Assembly: GCA_017546315.1 (NCBI GenBank)
Contig: JAFYXH010000002.1
Location: forward strand, 7,736-71,735
Direction: 5' to 3'
Source of the DNA: Alphaproteobacteria bacterium
GTDB taxonomy: Bacteria; Pseudomonadota; Alphaproteobacteria; RF32; CAG-239
DNA: 64,000 nucleotides
The notes under the pieces are model-generated. The model saw only the letters and a list, made by a program, of their open reading frames with translations. It was not told where the DNA came from and did not search any database. A program made the translations under genes and the position numbers. Position 1 is the first letter of the stretch, and every line of letters begins with the position of its first letter. Below, piece after piece: positions 36,759 to 47,435 of the stretch.

Positions 36759-39464
36759 TTAATATCCAAGGTGGAATTGATATTTAGGTTGGACGTAATC
36801 AAGATCTTCTAAATTATATGGGAGTTTTTTGTTTTTGCAAAAAATGTAAATATTGTTAGGTGAAAAAATAAAATCATTACCGACTTCTTTTGTAGTTAAT
36901 TGATATCCCTTTTTAATTTCAATAGGTTCAAGTCGCAATAATTTATGCTTATAAAGTAATTCAATATTTGTTTTCCTCGCTATGGCATTTGCTATTTCTT
37001 TGTATATTTGTTGTTTGTTTGCTTTAATTAAACTAAATTGCTTAGATTTTATATTAAAATCTGTTGTCAATTCTTTCATAAAATCGGAATATTCTTTGTC
37101 GTTGTTGCATTGGTTTATAATAAATACCTTCTTTTTCGCCCTTGTTAATGCGACATAAAAAACTCGTCTTTCTTCTGCAAATTTAATGGTAGATTCTTGG
37201 TATTTTACAAAGCGAAGAACTTTCTCTTCTTCAACTTGATTTGGAAAACCCCACTCGCCATTCTTTAATAAAACAAAAACCACATCTGCTTCAATTCCTT
37301 TTGCTTGATGAATAGTCATTTTTTGTAATTTTAATTTCTTTTCTTTTATGAAATCATTTGTTAATATTGAAAAATTATTGAAATCAATTTTGTATCTACC
37401 CAAAATTAAAAAAGTTAATTCTTTATAATTATTTAACTCAAAAATTTTATTACAAATTAATTCTTCAATAGAATATTGTGTATGTTGATAAGCTTCTATC
37501 GTCTTGCTATCATTAGATTGATCATAAGAAATTAATTGTGTTCCATTTAATTGATCTTTATTTTTGGTTATGAATTTTTTTGAAATGTCAACAATATATT
37601 GGTTAAATCTATAAGTGATAGGCAAAAATAATTGTCTGGATTGAGGAAAGTATTCATTGAATTTAGAAAAGAAAGAAACATTACTACCGTTAAATCCATA
37701 AATAGATTGCCAGTCATCCCCAACAGAAAATAACTTGCAATTGCTTTTATTGATAAATTCTCTAACAAAATTAAATCTTCCACGATTAATATCTTGGAAT
37801 TCGTCAATAATTAAATATTTATACTGAAATTTATCTTCTGAACAATTCTCCAAAAAGCTTTTGGCTTTAATAATCATATCATTGAAATCAATAGTATTAG
37901 TATCAACTAATTTTCTTTCATAATTATCATAAATTTTTTCAACTACATTTAAAAAGAGGCTGTCCCTACGGCTTAGATTTTCGGTTTTCCTAATTTCATC
38001 AAACTTATCCTTAGTAAACCCGCTAGTTTTAAATAATTCAATAAATTGATAGTATGTTGATGTAATTTTATCTAACCTTCTTTTGTTGGAATTATTTTTA
38101 AAGAAGCTTAACAAAGCATTTTTTGCCTCGTCATTATTCAAGGGAGACAGCACAACGCCATTGCTTGTTAAGAGATTTGATAAGTTCTCAAAAAAATTGT
38201 CATAAGTATTAAAAAATGAATAGCTCTCAATTAGTTTGGTGTTAAATTTTTTATGAAGTTCTCTTTTATCAATTATATTATTTATATATTTACATGCTTT
38301 ATCATCATCTAGCCAAGGGACTGTATAGTTATATGTTTTATGGAAATTATCTTCGCAATAATTCACATTTTCTTTCAAATTAACGCCAAAATGCTCTAAA
38401 TAAATGTCATAATCAGTTAAATGAAAGTCAGGAAAATATCTAGAGAAATTAGTCTCTTCACTACTTCTGTTCTTGAAGTAATTATCTTCATATATGTAGT
38501 TGATTTTGTGAAGGTATAAAAAATTTGCAATAAAAACTTCTTCTTTACTTTTGACTAATTCACCTTTTAATGTAAATAATCTATAATCAATTTTATTAAG
38601 TATTTTATTTAATATTTCTTTAGATTCTTGGGTGGAGATGTTTTTTATTTGTTTGTATTTATCTTTTAGTTTATCATCAATAATATGTTTTGAGAAATTG
38701 TTATCAAAAGTATTATCATTGGAGTAGTTGTAAAGCATTTCAGAATATAAAACATCACAAAGCTCTTTGCTGTCATAATTAAGAATTTGTTCAATTTCAT
38801 GTTTTAGTAAAATATTCTCATTATTTTTATAAGGGGTAATGTTGTTTTTATTTTCAAAAACATCCATTGCAAAACGATGGAAAGTCTGTGGTTCAATGTT
38901 TTTAATGTCTTTTTCAGAAAATCTTCTTTTAATATCGTTAACAGAGTGATTACTAAAAGAAATAACTTTAATATCTTGGGGTGATATTTTTTTCACATCA
39001 AGTAAATATTTAATTTTACCAATAAGGGTTGATGTTTTTCCGCAGCCAGCTCTAGCAATAACTTGCATACAGCAATCATCTATAAAAATACTGTTTAATT
39101 GGTGAGAATTAAGTTTGTTCAGTCCTGAATTTACTAAAAAATCATGATATATTTTAGGAGCGTCTTTTAGAAATAATACATTGCTTTTAGATATAATACT
39201 TCGAATATTTTTGCTTTTATATTTGTTATGAATTTTTAAAAGAATAAATTGTAAACCAAATAAAAGGCCCAAAAATCCAGTATTATAAATTCTATTGATA
39301 ATATCTTCAGAAGTCTGAACGAGTTGATTTTCTTTGTTGTTATCGCACCAATCATTAGCAATGTTTTGGAAATTATTCTCAAAAATATAAATATCTCTAA
39401 AAATAGCATTGATCTCATTCTTTTTGTTAGCTAGATGGTTAAAAATTGGAACTGTGAATTTCAT
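36759..39464 (-). CDS. UvrD/Rep superfamily-1 helicase (helicase IV-like) with an embedded PD-(D/E)xK-like nuclease motif
   Basis: 901 aa. Helicase motifs present: I ARAGCGKTST (about 39030-39053), II YLIIDEFQD (about 37784-37810), III VGDDWQSIYGFNG, V/VI TIHQAKGIEADVVF and VALTRAKKKVFI. Between motifs Ia and II lies NFLYLHKINYIYE...YFPDFHL..YDIYLEHFG (about 38385-38438). Confidence 0.75.
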   Translation of the reverse strand: MKFTVPIFNHLANKKNEINAIFRDIYIFENNFQNIANDWCDNNKENQLVQTSEDIINRIYNTGFLGLLFGLQFILLKIHNKYKSKNIRSIISKSNVLFLKDAPKIYHDFLVNSGLNKLNSHQLNSIFIDDCCMQVIARAGCGKTSTLIGKIKYLLDVKKISPQDIKVISFSNHSVNDIKRRFSEKDIKNIEPQTFHRFAMDVFENKNNITPYKNNENILLKHEIEQILNYDSKELCDVLYSEMLYNYSNDNTFDNNFSKHIIDDKLKDKYKQIKNISTQESKEILNKILNKIDYRLFTLKGELVKSKEEVFIANFLYLHKINYIYEDNYFKNRSSEETNFSRYFPDFHLTDYDIYLEHFGVNLKENVNYCEDNFHKTYNYTVPWLDDDKACKYINNIIDKRELHKKFNTKLIESYSFFNTYDNFFENLSNLLTSNGVVLSPLNNDEAKNALLSFFKNNSNKRRLDKITSTYYQFIELFKTSGFTKDKFDEIRKTENLSRRDSLFLNVVEKIYDNYERKLVDTNTIDFNDMIIKAKSFLENCSEDKFQYKYLIIDEFQDINRGRFNFVREFINKSNCKLFSVGDDWQSIYGFNGSNVSFFSKFNEYFPQSRQLFLPITYRFNQYIVDISKKFITKNKDQLNGTQLISYDQSNDSKTIEAYQHTQYSIEELICNKIFELNNYKELTFLILGRYKIDFNNFSILTNDFIKEKKLKLQKMTIHQAKGIEADVVFVLLKNGEWGFPNQVEEEKVLRFVKYQESTIKFAEERRVFYVALTRAKKKVFIINQCNNDKEYSDFMKELTTDFNIKSKQFSLIKANKQQIYKEIANAIARKTNIELLYKHKLLRLEPIEIKKGYQLTTKEVGNDFIFSPNNIYIFCKNKKLPYNLEDLDYVQPKYQFHLGY

Positions 39465-39487
39465 TTCTTACCTCAAATAAAGATAAC

Positions 39488-39509
39488 AAAAAACCACCCT
39501 GAAGGGTGG
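39488..39509 (-). terminator. Rho-independent terminator downstream of the tRNA
   Basis: On the minus strand, a CCACCC-ttca-GGGTGG hairpin is followed by T6. Confidence 0.6.
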
Positions 39510-39517
39510 CTTATAAA

Positions 39518-39594
<77 letters not shown>

Positions 39595-39735
39595 ATAAAA
39601 CAAACATCGCTAACGACAAGAGATATATATGCTATAAAAAAATAATTGTCAATAATATTTTTTAATATTTTGCATTTTTTTTTTAAATATATAAAAATTA
39701 ACACATAATCAACCTTATATTTTAAGGAAAATCCT

Positions 39736-40587
39736 ATGAGTGAACTAATTAGAAATCCCAAACGCAAACTTGGCATTATCGCCGGAGGTGGTGATTTGCC
39801 TCAAAAGTTAATTCAATATTGCCAATCTATAAATAGAGATTTTTTTGTTCTAGCTATTAAAGATAATGCAAATGAAGAGCTTTTTTCTTCAGATGTACCT
39901 CATGCTTGGATACGAATAGGCGAGGCAGGAACAGGTTTTAAGTTGCTAAAAGAAAAAGAGGTTAAAGAGTTAGTTTTAATAGGTACAATACGTCGTCCAA
40001 GTTTCAAAGATTTAATTCCAGATTTAAGAACTACTTTGTTTTTTGCTAAATTAGGAGCCAAATCGGTTGGTGATGATGGCATATTAAGAGCATTAGTTAA
40101 AGAAATAGAAGAAGAAGGGATAAAGGTTGTTGGTATTCAAGAGGTGATACCTGATTTATTGGCGCCAGTTGGTCTCTTAACTAAAGCATCCCCTAACAAA
40201 GAAGATGAAGAGGATATAAAACGAGGTTCAGACCTAGCTCGAGAATTAGGTCGCTTAGATGTTGGGCAAGCAGTTGTAGTTCAACAAGGTCTTGTTTTGG
40301 GTTTAGAGGGTATAGAAGGGACAGATAAGCTCATCATTAGATGTAAGGATTATAAGCGCCAAGGAAAAGGTCCTGTACTTGTAAAGCTAAGAAAACCCCA
40401 ACAAGATATGCGCATAGATTTACCAACAATCGGTGTAAAAACAGTAGAAAACGCATATCAATCCGGTTTTAAGGGAATTGCTATACATGCAGGCAATACT
40501 CTAATCGTAAATCAAGAAGAAACCATCGCATTAGCAAACAAATATAAAATGTTTATCAAAGGTATCATTCCAACGGAGACTGAATAA
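39736..40587 (+). CDS. lpxI: UDP-2,3-diacylglucosamine pyrophosphatase LpxI (DUF1009)
   Basis: 283 aa, collinear with Caulobacter-type LpxI: KLGIIAGGGDLP, GRLDVGQAVVV..G.VLG.EG.EGTD, RIDLPTIGV.T. Confidence 0.9.
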   Translation: MSELIRNPKRKLGIIAGGGDLPQKLIQYCQSINRDFFVLAIKDNANEELFSSDVPHAWIRIGEAGTGFKLLKEKEVKELVLIGTIRRPSFKDLIPDLRTTLFFAKLGAKSVGDDGILRALVKEIEEEGIKVVGIQEVIPDLLAPVGLLTKASPNKEDEEDIKRGSDLARELGRLDVGQAVVVQQGLVLGLEGIEGTDKLIIRCKDYKRQGKGPVLVKLRKPQQDMRIDLPTIGVKTVENAYQSGFKGIAIHAGNTLIVNQEETIALANKYKMFIKGIIPTETE

Positions 40588-41738
40588 TGCTTATATACCT
40601 AATAGCTGGAGAACCATCAGGAGATATGTTAGGAGCACGTCTAATGCGCGCTCTTAAAGAGAAAGATAGCAATATAACCTTCAAAGGAGTGGGTGGCGAT
40701 AATATGCAAAAGGAGGGTATGGACTCTCTGTTTGATATTACAGATTTAGCAATTATGGGATTAGTTGAAGTTATACCTAGTATTCCTAAGGTTTTGCGAC
40801 ACATAAAAAATACCGTTGAAGATATTAAAAATCAAAAGCCAGATATTGTAATAACCATAGATAGCTGGAGTTTTTCTGCAAGAATACACAAGGCCTTGCG
40901 TCGTCAAAATATAAAAGTTCTTCAACTTCACTATGTTGCACCGCAAGTATGGGCATGGAAGAAACGTCGTGCCAAAACAATGTATAAATATATAGATCAT
41001 CTATTAACATTGTTCCCTAATGAACCTCAATATTTTACACCATATAATTTACCAACAACCTTTGTGGGGCACCCCGTTATAGAAAGCTCTATGCTAAATA
41101 TCAATACCAAAGGCTTTAAAGAAAAGTATAATATCAGTGAAGAAAAACAAATAGTATTACTCCTTCCTGGTTCTCGCCATAATGAGGTTGCCAATTTATT
41201 GCCAACGTTTTTAGAAACAGCTAAAACCCTACAGCAAGAAAATCCTAATTTATACTTTATCATACCAACAGTAAAAACTGTAGAAAATAGAGTAAAAGAC
41301 ATCCTTAAAAATAGTTCATTAGATGTTTTAGTATTAAACACACAAAAAGAACGTTATCAAGCAGCACAACTAGCAAAATTAGCAATAGCTGCCTCCGGAA
41401 CAGTCGCACTTGAATTAGCAATAATTAACGTTCCACATCTTGTTGCTTATAAAGTTCCAGCTATAACAGCGTGGGTCGCTCGTCATTTTACTAATATAAA
41501 ATATGTCAATTTAACTAACATATTGCTAGATACTCCAATTGTGCCAGAGCTTTTGCAAGACGATTGCTCAATAACAAAATTAACAGAAACCGCCAAACTT
41601 TTACTTGATACGACATCCTCATTATACCAAAAGGAGATAGCATCATTTGAAGATTTGCGTAAAACTCTAGGTTTAGGTGTGCTAAATCCTAGTCAAAAGG
41701 CATCAGAGATAATCTTTAATTTGATAAAAAATGGATAA
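40587..41738 (+). CDS. lpxB: Lipid-A-disaccharide synthase
   Basis: 383 aa with N-terminal IAGEPSGDMLGARLMRALK, VAPQVWAWK and LLPGSR blocks. A TAATG stop/start overlap joins it to lpxI. Confidence 0.9.
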   Translation: MLIYLIAGEPSGDMLGARLMRALKEKDSNITFKGVGGDNMQKEGMDSLFDITDLAIMGLVEVIPSIPKVLRHIKNTVEDIKNQKPDIVITIDSWSFSARIHKALRRQNIKVLQLHYVAPQVWAWKKRRAKTMYKYIDHLLTLFPNEPQYFTPYNLPTTFVGHPVIESSMLNINTKGFKEKYNISEEKQIVLLLPGSRHNEVANLLPTFLETAKTLQQENPNLYFIIPTVKTVENRVKDILKNSSLDVLVLNTQKERYQAAQLAKLAIAASGTVALELAIINVPHLVAYKVPAITAWVARHFTNIKYVNLTNILLDTPIVPELLQDDCSITKLTETAKLLLDTTSSLYQKEIASFEDLRKTLGLGVLNPSQKASEIIFNLIKNG

Positions 41739-41744
41739 AATCTT

Positions 41745-43709
41745 ATGATATGGTGGTTAAAAAAGACATTATTACGCCTAAAATTATACGTAGAAGATTG
41801 CTATTTACATGAGGCAGAAAGCTTAATAACTTGGTACGCTGTAAGTTTTGCATTAGGTGCAGGATTTTATTTTGCTTTTCCGTATGAATTGTCAGCTTGG
41901 GTTGTTGTTTTATATTTAGAACTCGTACTAGTTTTACTGTATTTATATCGCCATAATAATAAGCCTTTTAAGCTGTTTACATATCTTCTTCTATTTATGC
42001 TAGGGTTATGTGTTGCCAAATCAGATGCAATGCATAGAGCTAAAAACATTGAAATCGATATAAATGAAACAAGTTACCTAAATGGTAAAATTAAAGTCTT
42101 AGATCATAATTATAACAATCGTCCACGCGTATTATTAACAAATGTAAATAACTATGAAAAGGACTTAAAAGGGGATTTTAAAATAAGTTTAATTAAAGAC
42201 GAACCTTGGATGAAAGAAGGAAAATGTGTGGAGTTAGTGGCAAAACTCCCTAAAGATTTTACACCAAACCCACTAGTAGGAACATACAATCAAGATAGAA
42301 ACAATTTTTACAAATCAATATCTAAAGTAGGTTATAGTATAAGCCCTGTTTTTGAAAAAGATTGCAAAAGAGATGAATTTTCTATTTTCAAGAAAATATC
42401 TCAAATACGCTCATCCATAAGAGATATAATCAATCAATACACATCACTTGAAACAGCACCCATCATCACCGCATTAGCCATAGGGAAAACAACAGATATC
42501 GATAAACAGATGTATGATAATTACCGTACTTCCGGATTAGCGCATTTCTTATCTATATCAGGTATGCACATGACGATAATTGCATTGCTTGTATTCTTTA
42601 TATTTCAAGTGCTTTTATTGCCATTTACTAAAGGTCAATACGATTTACGAAAGCCAGCATCAGTTCTTGCTATAATAACAACATTTCTTTACTTTTTAAT
42701 ATCAGGGCAGAGTGTGTCTTGCATAAGAGCATTTACCATGACAACCATAATCTTATTAGCCGTCCTTCTTAATAGAAGAGCTATTTCTTTAAGATTATGG
42801 GGATTTGCACTGATGGTTGTTGTTGCTATAAATCCAAGCTCTGTTGTGTCACCAGGTTTTTTAATGTCATTTTCTGCAGTATTAGGTTTAGTTGCATATT
42901 ATGAAAAAAATGAAGTTCGTCTTCATAAATGGCTAGATAAACAAAGTTTTTTAAGAAAATTAGTAAGTTATATGCTAGGTGTTATAATAACAGACTTAGT
43001 TGCAAGTCTAATGACACTCCCATATAGTCTTTACTTCTTTCAGCAAATAGCTGTTTATACCACCTTAGGCAATATGTTAGCCGCTCCAATAATAACATTT
43101 TATGTAATGCCTGCTTTATTGTTATTCTTAATAAGCTATCCTTTAGGTTTATCAAAATTTAGCCTTCCAATATTAGAAAATGGCATAGAAATAATAAACC
43201 ACATAACGACATATGTATCTAATCTCCCCGGAGCAAATAGTGGCTCAAATCTTCCTCTGTTATCAAGCTTTGGTATTCTTCTAATTACATTAGGAATGCT
43301 CTGGCTTTGCATTTGGCAAGCAAAATGGAGAAAATGGGGACTACTAGGCATAATATTGGGTTTGTCGACAATGTTATTTTACTCTTCCCCCGATTTTGTT
43401 TTTGATAAAAATGGTTCAACTTTTGCATATAGAAACAATCAAGGCGTTCTAACTATGTCAAAATGGCAAAAAAATAAATTTTTGAAAAAAGTATGGCAAA
43501 GGGATAATAAAGTAGCTCAAAAAAATGTAAAAGACACAACAATTAAATGCAATTCAGATGCTTGTATATATAAAGATCGCATAGAATTTAAACCTAATAG
43601 CGTAAAACTAGATGGTAAAAGCATTCCCTTAAAAGATGGTGGATATATAAACCTAAAAACAGGCATCCACTACTATCAAAAAGAAAATAACAGACTTTGG
43701 AATAAATAA
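41745..43709 (+). CDS. comEC: ComEC/Rec2-family membrane channel protein
   Basis: 654 aa and polytopic. The GLAHFLSISGMHM block is typical of the ComEC competence domain. There is no obvious C-terminal metallo-beta-lactamase domain. Confidence 0.75.
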   Translation: MIWWLKKTLLRLKLYVEDCYLHEAESLITWYAVSFALGAGFYFAFPYELSAWVVVLYLELVLVLLYLYRHNNKPFKLFTYLLLFMLGLCVAKSDAMHRAKNIEIDINETSYLNGKIKVLDHNYNNRPRVLLTNVNNYEKDLKGDFKISLIKDEPWMKEGKCVELVAKLPKDFTPNPLVGTYNQDRNNFYKSISKVGYSISPVFEKDCKRDEFSIFKKISQIRSSIRDIINQYTSLETAPIITALAIGKTTDIDKQMYDNYRTSGLAHFLSISGMHMTIIALLVFFIFQVLLLPFTKGQYDLRKPASVLAIITTFLYFLISGQSVSCIRAFTMTTIILLAVLLNRRAISLRLWGFALMVVVAINPSSVVSPGFLMSFSAVLGLVAYYEKNEVRLHKWLDKQSFLRKLVSYMLGVIITDLVASLMTLPYSLYFFQQIAVYTTLGNMLAAPIITFYVMPALLLFLISYPLGLSKFSLPILENGIEIINHITTYVSNLPGANSGSNLPLLSSFGILLITLGMLWLCIWQAKWRKWGLLGIILGLSTMLFYSSPDFVFDKNGSTFAYRNNQGVLTMSKWQKNKFLKKVWQRDNKVAQKNVKDTTIKCNSDACIYKDRIEFKPNSVKLDGKSIPLKDGGYINLKTGIHYYQKENNRLWNK

Positions 43710-45545
43710 TTACATTCCTTTTTGTTTCTTTAATTCTTCAATAACTTTATCAAACTTCTTTCCTGCAATATCTGCAGTAAAATTCTTTAATGTTATTTCA
43801 CGAGCTCTATTTGCCTTTTCAAGTCTTTCTTTTTCATTTTTAGGATCAAGATAATATCTTACAAGCTCAACCAATTCATTTGGTGTTTTCCACATAGGAA
43901 CACTATCGCCATACACTTCTTCAACTTCAGGAATATAATCAGATATAACAAAACTTCCACATGCAGTAGCATCAAAAATGCGATTACTAATAAAGTTTAA
44001 TTGCTTCATATCTGGACGAGTGTCGTTTAACACAATTTTTGCAGAACTATAATATTTTCTCAATATTCTATTATCAATACTCTCAGCTTTTTCTAAACCA
44101 CTCCAATTTGGTCCATATATATCTACCTTTATATTATTCGCTAAAAGAATAGGTATCGAAGGCCGATCAAAATATCTTGTACCAACAAATAAAACCTCAG
44201 ACTTCAACTCATCAACAGGATCAAAATAAAATTTATTAGTATCTGTAAATTGTGGAATGTAATGAGATTTTATTCCTATTTTTTCTAATCCTTTATGCAC
44301 GTATGAAGAGGCAACTACAACACCATCAAACATCTTTAATTCGTGTTCAATTGAAGAAATATACTCATCAAGAGATATTGAAAAGTTGCTGTCTTTAAAG
44401 TTGTCAATTGCCGGATAAAGTAGATAAATAATTGATAGCCCTTTTTTATTAAGGTCTCTCTCAGAAAAACTAATCATACCTCGAATAAATATATTCGTTT
44501 GCCCAATATGTTGCATTATAGAAGCAGGATTAGAAATACTTTTATATTTAGATGTTATGTTTTTTAATAAATCATAACTAAAAGAAAAATCACCATTAGA
44601 ATATTCAGACGGCTTAGAAGCACACCAAACATCAACCATATTATCAATAACACTGGGGTTATAATCTGTTTTTGTTAAAATACTAATAATTATCTCAGCT
44701 ATAGCATCGGGGGTAAAATAATTATCAACAATGACCTTGGCATTACTTGTATCAGTTTGGTTTTCAAAGAAGAGGGCAATGTCATCATAAGACGAATAAA
44801 CAATTATAGAATTGTTAAAGAAAAATGTTAATAGATTAAATTTGTGTGTCTCTTTATATGTCGTAATCGGTATATTAGCACTCGCAGCTGCAAAAAAGAA
44901 AGGTGAAATGTCTAAGGAATTAAAATTAAGGTATATATTATTGGCTGCGATTCCAGAAATATTTCCTAAATCTTTCATCAGCTCAGATGAAACTTTCTCG
45001 TTGGCAAGAGTATATTGTTTGTATCTTATATTATGCTTTTTTAAGTATGAAATAAAATCAACAGCCTCACCAATCACCACCCAATAACAATTGGGGTTAT
45101 TATCTTTAATGCTGCAAGATTTTTTAATTTTGCTTTTGCTAGCCGCAAACATCGGAATATAATATATATTACTAATTTCTTTTTCTAAATATGAATACAA
45201 GTCATAAGTGCTAACCAAAATATAATCAAATTTTTTAATATTAGAAATACTAATACTATTTATGCTTCCTAACCATAAAATATTTATGTTATCTTCATTT
45301 TTAATATCAGGAATATCTGAATTAAAAAAGTTGGATATATAAAAATCAATATTTTTGTCTATATTCTTTTTTAGTATTGCATTTTTTTTCATAATCCGAA
45401 TAACTTCATTCAAATTTTTTTCTAAAAGATGGTTATCGGAATATACAATATTTATAACATTTCTATTTGCGTACATAATAAAAAAATATATACAAGAAAG
45501 CATCATCAATAAGCATAATAGAAATCTCTTTTGTTTATTAGTCAT
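43710..45545 (-). CDS. CgeB-like glycosyltransferase (Glyco_trans_1_2-type C-terminus), paralogue A
   Basis: 611 aa with an N-terminal signal-anchor. The C-terminus reads NRILRKYYSSAKIVLNDTR......F.SNRIFDA.ACGS.VISDY....EE.YGDSV..W.....L...V.YYL, as in CgeB-family enzymes. Confidence 0.6.
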   Translation of the reverse strand: MTNKQKRFLLCLLMMLSCIYFFIMYANRNVINIVYSDNHLLEKNLNEVIRIMKKNAILKKNIDKNIDFYISNFFNSDIPDIKNEDNINILWLGSINSISISNIKKFDYILVSTYDLYSYLEKEISNIYYIPMFAASKSKIKKSCSIKDNNPNCYWVVIGEAVDFISYLKKHNIRYKQYTLANEKVSSELMKDLGNISGIAANNIYLNFNSLDISPFFFAAASANIPITTYKETHKFNLLTFFFNNSIIVYSSYDDIALFFENQTDTSNAKVIVDNYFTPDAIAEIIISILTKTDYNPSVIDNMVDVWCASKPSEYSNGDFSFSYDLLKNITSKYKSISNPASIMQHIGQTNIFIRGMISFSERDLNKKGLSIIYLLYPAIDNFKDSNFSISLDEYISSIEHELKMFDGVVVASSYVHKGLEKIGIKSHYIPQFTDTNKFYFDPVDELKSEVLFVGTRYFDRPSIPILLANNIKVDIYGPNWSGLEKAESIDNRILRKYYSSAKIVLNDTRPDMKQLNFISNRIFDATACGSFVISDYIPEVEEVYGDSVPMWKTPNELVELVRYYLDPKNEKERLEKANRAREITLKNFTADIAGKKFDKVIEELKKQKGM

Positions 45546-45546
45546 T

Positions 45547-47418
45547 CTATTTTACTTCCTTAATAATATCTTCAAATTTTTTCGCCGCAATTTTAGCAGT
45601 AAAATTCTTTAATGTAATCTCTCTAGCTCTATTTGCTTTTTCTAACCTTTCATTTTCGTTTTGGGGATCAAGATAATACTTAACTAAAGAAACCAATTCC
45701 TCTTCAGTCTTCCACATCACAACACTATCGCCATAAATTTCTTCAATTTCCTTCATGTAGTCAGAAATAACCAAACTTCCACACGCACTAGCATCATAAA
45801 TACGATTACTAACAAAGCCTAATTCTTTCATCCCATCTCTCGTATCATTCAATACAATTTTAGCAGAGCTATAATATTTTCGTAAAATTCGATTATCTAA
45901 ATACGTTTTTTGGGCCATTCCATCTGGATACCCAGGACCGTAAATAGAAACAGGAATATTCGCATCGTTTAATATATGAACAGCTCTTCTGTAAAATGCA
46001 TTTAATCCAACAAACAAAATATCAGTTTTGAGCTCTTCATCAAAGTCAATAAAAAATCTATCAGTATTAGTAAATTGAGGGATGAAAAAGGCGTTTACTC
46101 CAATATTGTTAAGAGTTCTAGCCAATCTTTCTGAAGACACAACAATTGCATCGAATTTATCTTTGAAGTCTTCAAATTTTTTAGCATATTCATCATAATT
46201 TTCAACAGCTTCTTTATTGTCAAAGTACCCAAATTGAGGGTAGGCAATATACAAAATATTCTTTTTTCCTTTTAAGTCGTTGTCGCCAAAAGATAAAAAT
46301 CCTCTAACAATAATATTTACATCTACATTATACTTCATAAACGAATTAAAATATGTAATCCCAAAAAGTTCATTATCGTTTGCTAGATTACTCAATAAAT
46401 CCGTTGCAAGCCAATAATCACCACTACCAATATGACCTGTTGCAACTCCTAAGTCAGCATTAAATTGGAAAATATTTTCATCACTATTTTCTTCAATATT
46501 GTTAGTTGCACTCTCAATCCTTTTAAGAGTTTTTTCTAAACTAAATTCAATTTCAGAAAGTTTCTTGGCAGCAATAATTCGTTTTTGAATGTTTTTATCC
46601 ATATTGTTTAATTCATCAATAAGGATACTAACTCCAGCAGTATCACTTAATTCATCATACATCCAAAAAGAAACAGCATCATTGAAAATATTTATACTTC
46701 TAATATGAAGAGGCCAGTCCCAACGTGTAGCAATCGGAATACCATAGTTAATAAGCTTAAAAAATACCAGATGCAAATCAAGAGAAATATCAAAATTATT
46801 TGTTTTTGTTGTAAATACAGCCTTTAGCCTCGGTAAATCATTTATCAAATCAGATACGTTGTCTAAACTGTAAAGTTTGTATTTCAATTTTTTTAAATTT
46901 AATTCATTTATAATCTCAGGAGCATCACCAATGATACCGAATATTTCATTTTTATTATTTTTTCTTAAGTGTCTAGGTTTACTAAAATCGCCCATTGGTA
47001 AATAATAAGCATTTATACTTTGGGCTCTTAAAAAATTAACCAATAATTGCGAATTTGCAAATACATAATCATATAAATCAAGATAATTAACATTAAGTTT
47101 CTCCTGACTACCTAACCAAATAACTGAAATGTCAAAATTATCCTTATCTGGAGCTTCTACCTTGTCTTTATCGCCAAAATTAGCAATTCTTAATTCGATT
47201 TTTTTACCCTTAAAAGCTTTGATATCATGAAGTCTAGATGTTAAATAGTAAACATTATCCCTAATATAAGGATCGACATCACCTTTAATTTCGATGTTGT
47301 TTTGGATAATTTTATTTTTTAAATCATTCCAACTATGTTGTTTTGAAACCCCATACCAACAACCAATTAAAATAACAAAAACAATTAAACACAAAAAATA
47401 AAGACGTCTAGAAATCAT
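45547..47418 (-). CDS. CgeB-like glycosyltransferase, paralogue B
   Basis: 623 aa with the same architecture as 43710-45545. The last ~130 aa are roughly three-quarters identical by eye. Its stop is 1 nt from the paralogue A start. Confidence 0.6.
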   Translation of the reverse strand: MISRRLYFLCLIVFVILIGCWYGVSKQHSWNDLKNKIIQNNIEIKGDVDPYIRDNVYYLTSRLHDIKAFKGKKIELRIANFGDKDKVEAPDKDNFDISVIWLGSQEKLNVNYLDLYDYVFANSQLLVNFLRAQSINAYYLPMGDFSKPRHLRKNNKNEIFGIIGDAPEIINELNLKKLKYKLYSLDNVSDLINDLPRLKAVFTTKTNNFDISLDLHLVFFKLINYGIPIATRWDWPLHIRSINIFNDAVSFWMYDELSDTAGVSILIDELNNMDKNIQKRIIAAKKLSEIEFSLEKTLKRIESATNNIEENSDENIFQFNADLGVATGHIGSGDYWLATDLLSNLANDNELFGITYFNSFMKYNVDVNIIVRGFLSFGDNDLKGKKNILYIAYPQFGYFDNKEAVENYDEYAKKFEDFKDKFDAIVVSSERLARTLNNIGVNAFFIPQFTNTDRFFIDFDEELKTDILFVGLNAFYRRAVHILNDANIPVSIYGPGYPDGMAQKTYLDNRILRKYYSSAKIVLNDTRDGMKELGFVSNRIYDASACGSLVISDYMKEIEEIYGDSVVMWKTEEELVSLVKYYLDPQNENERLEKANRAREITLKNFTAKIAAKKFEDIIKEVK

Positions 47419-47435
47419 GATATTACCATAAAAAA

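Noticed and set aside
40565-41341. Four minus-strand ORFs (79, 79, 61 and 104 aa)
   Set aside because: They are antisense to lpxB, which has unambiguous family motifs.
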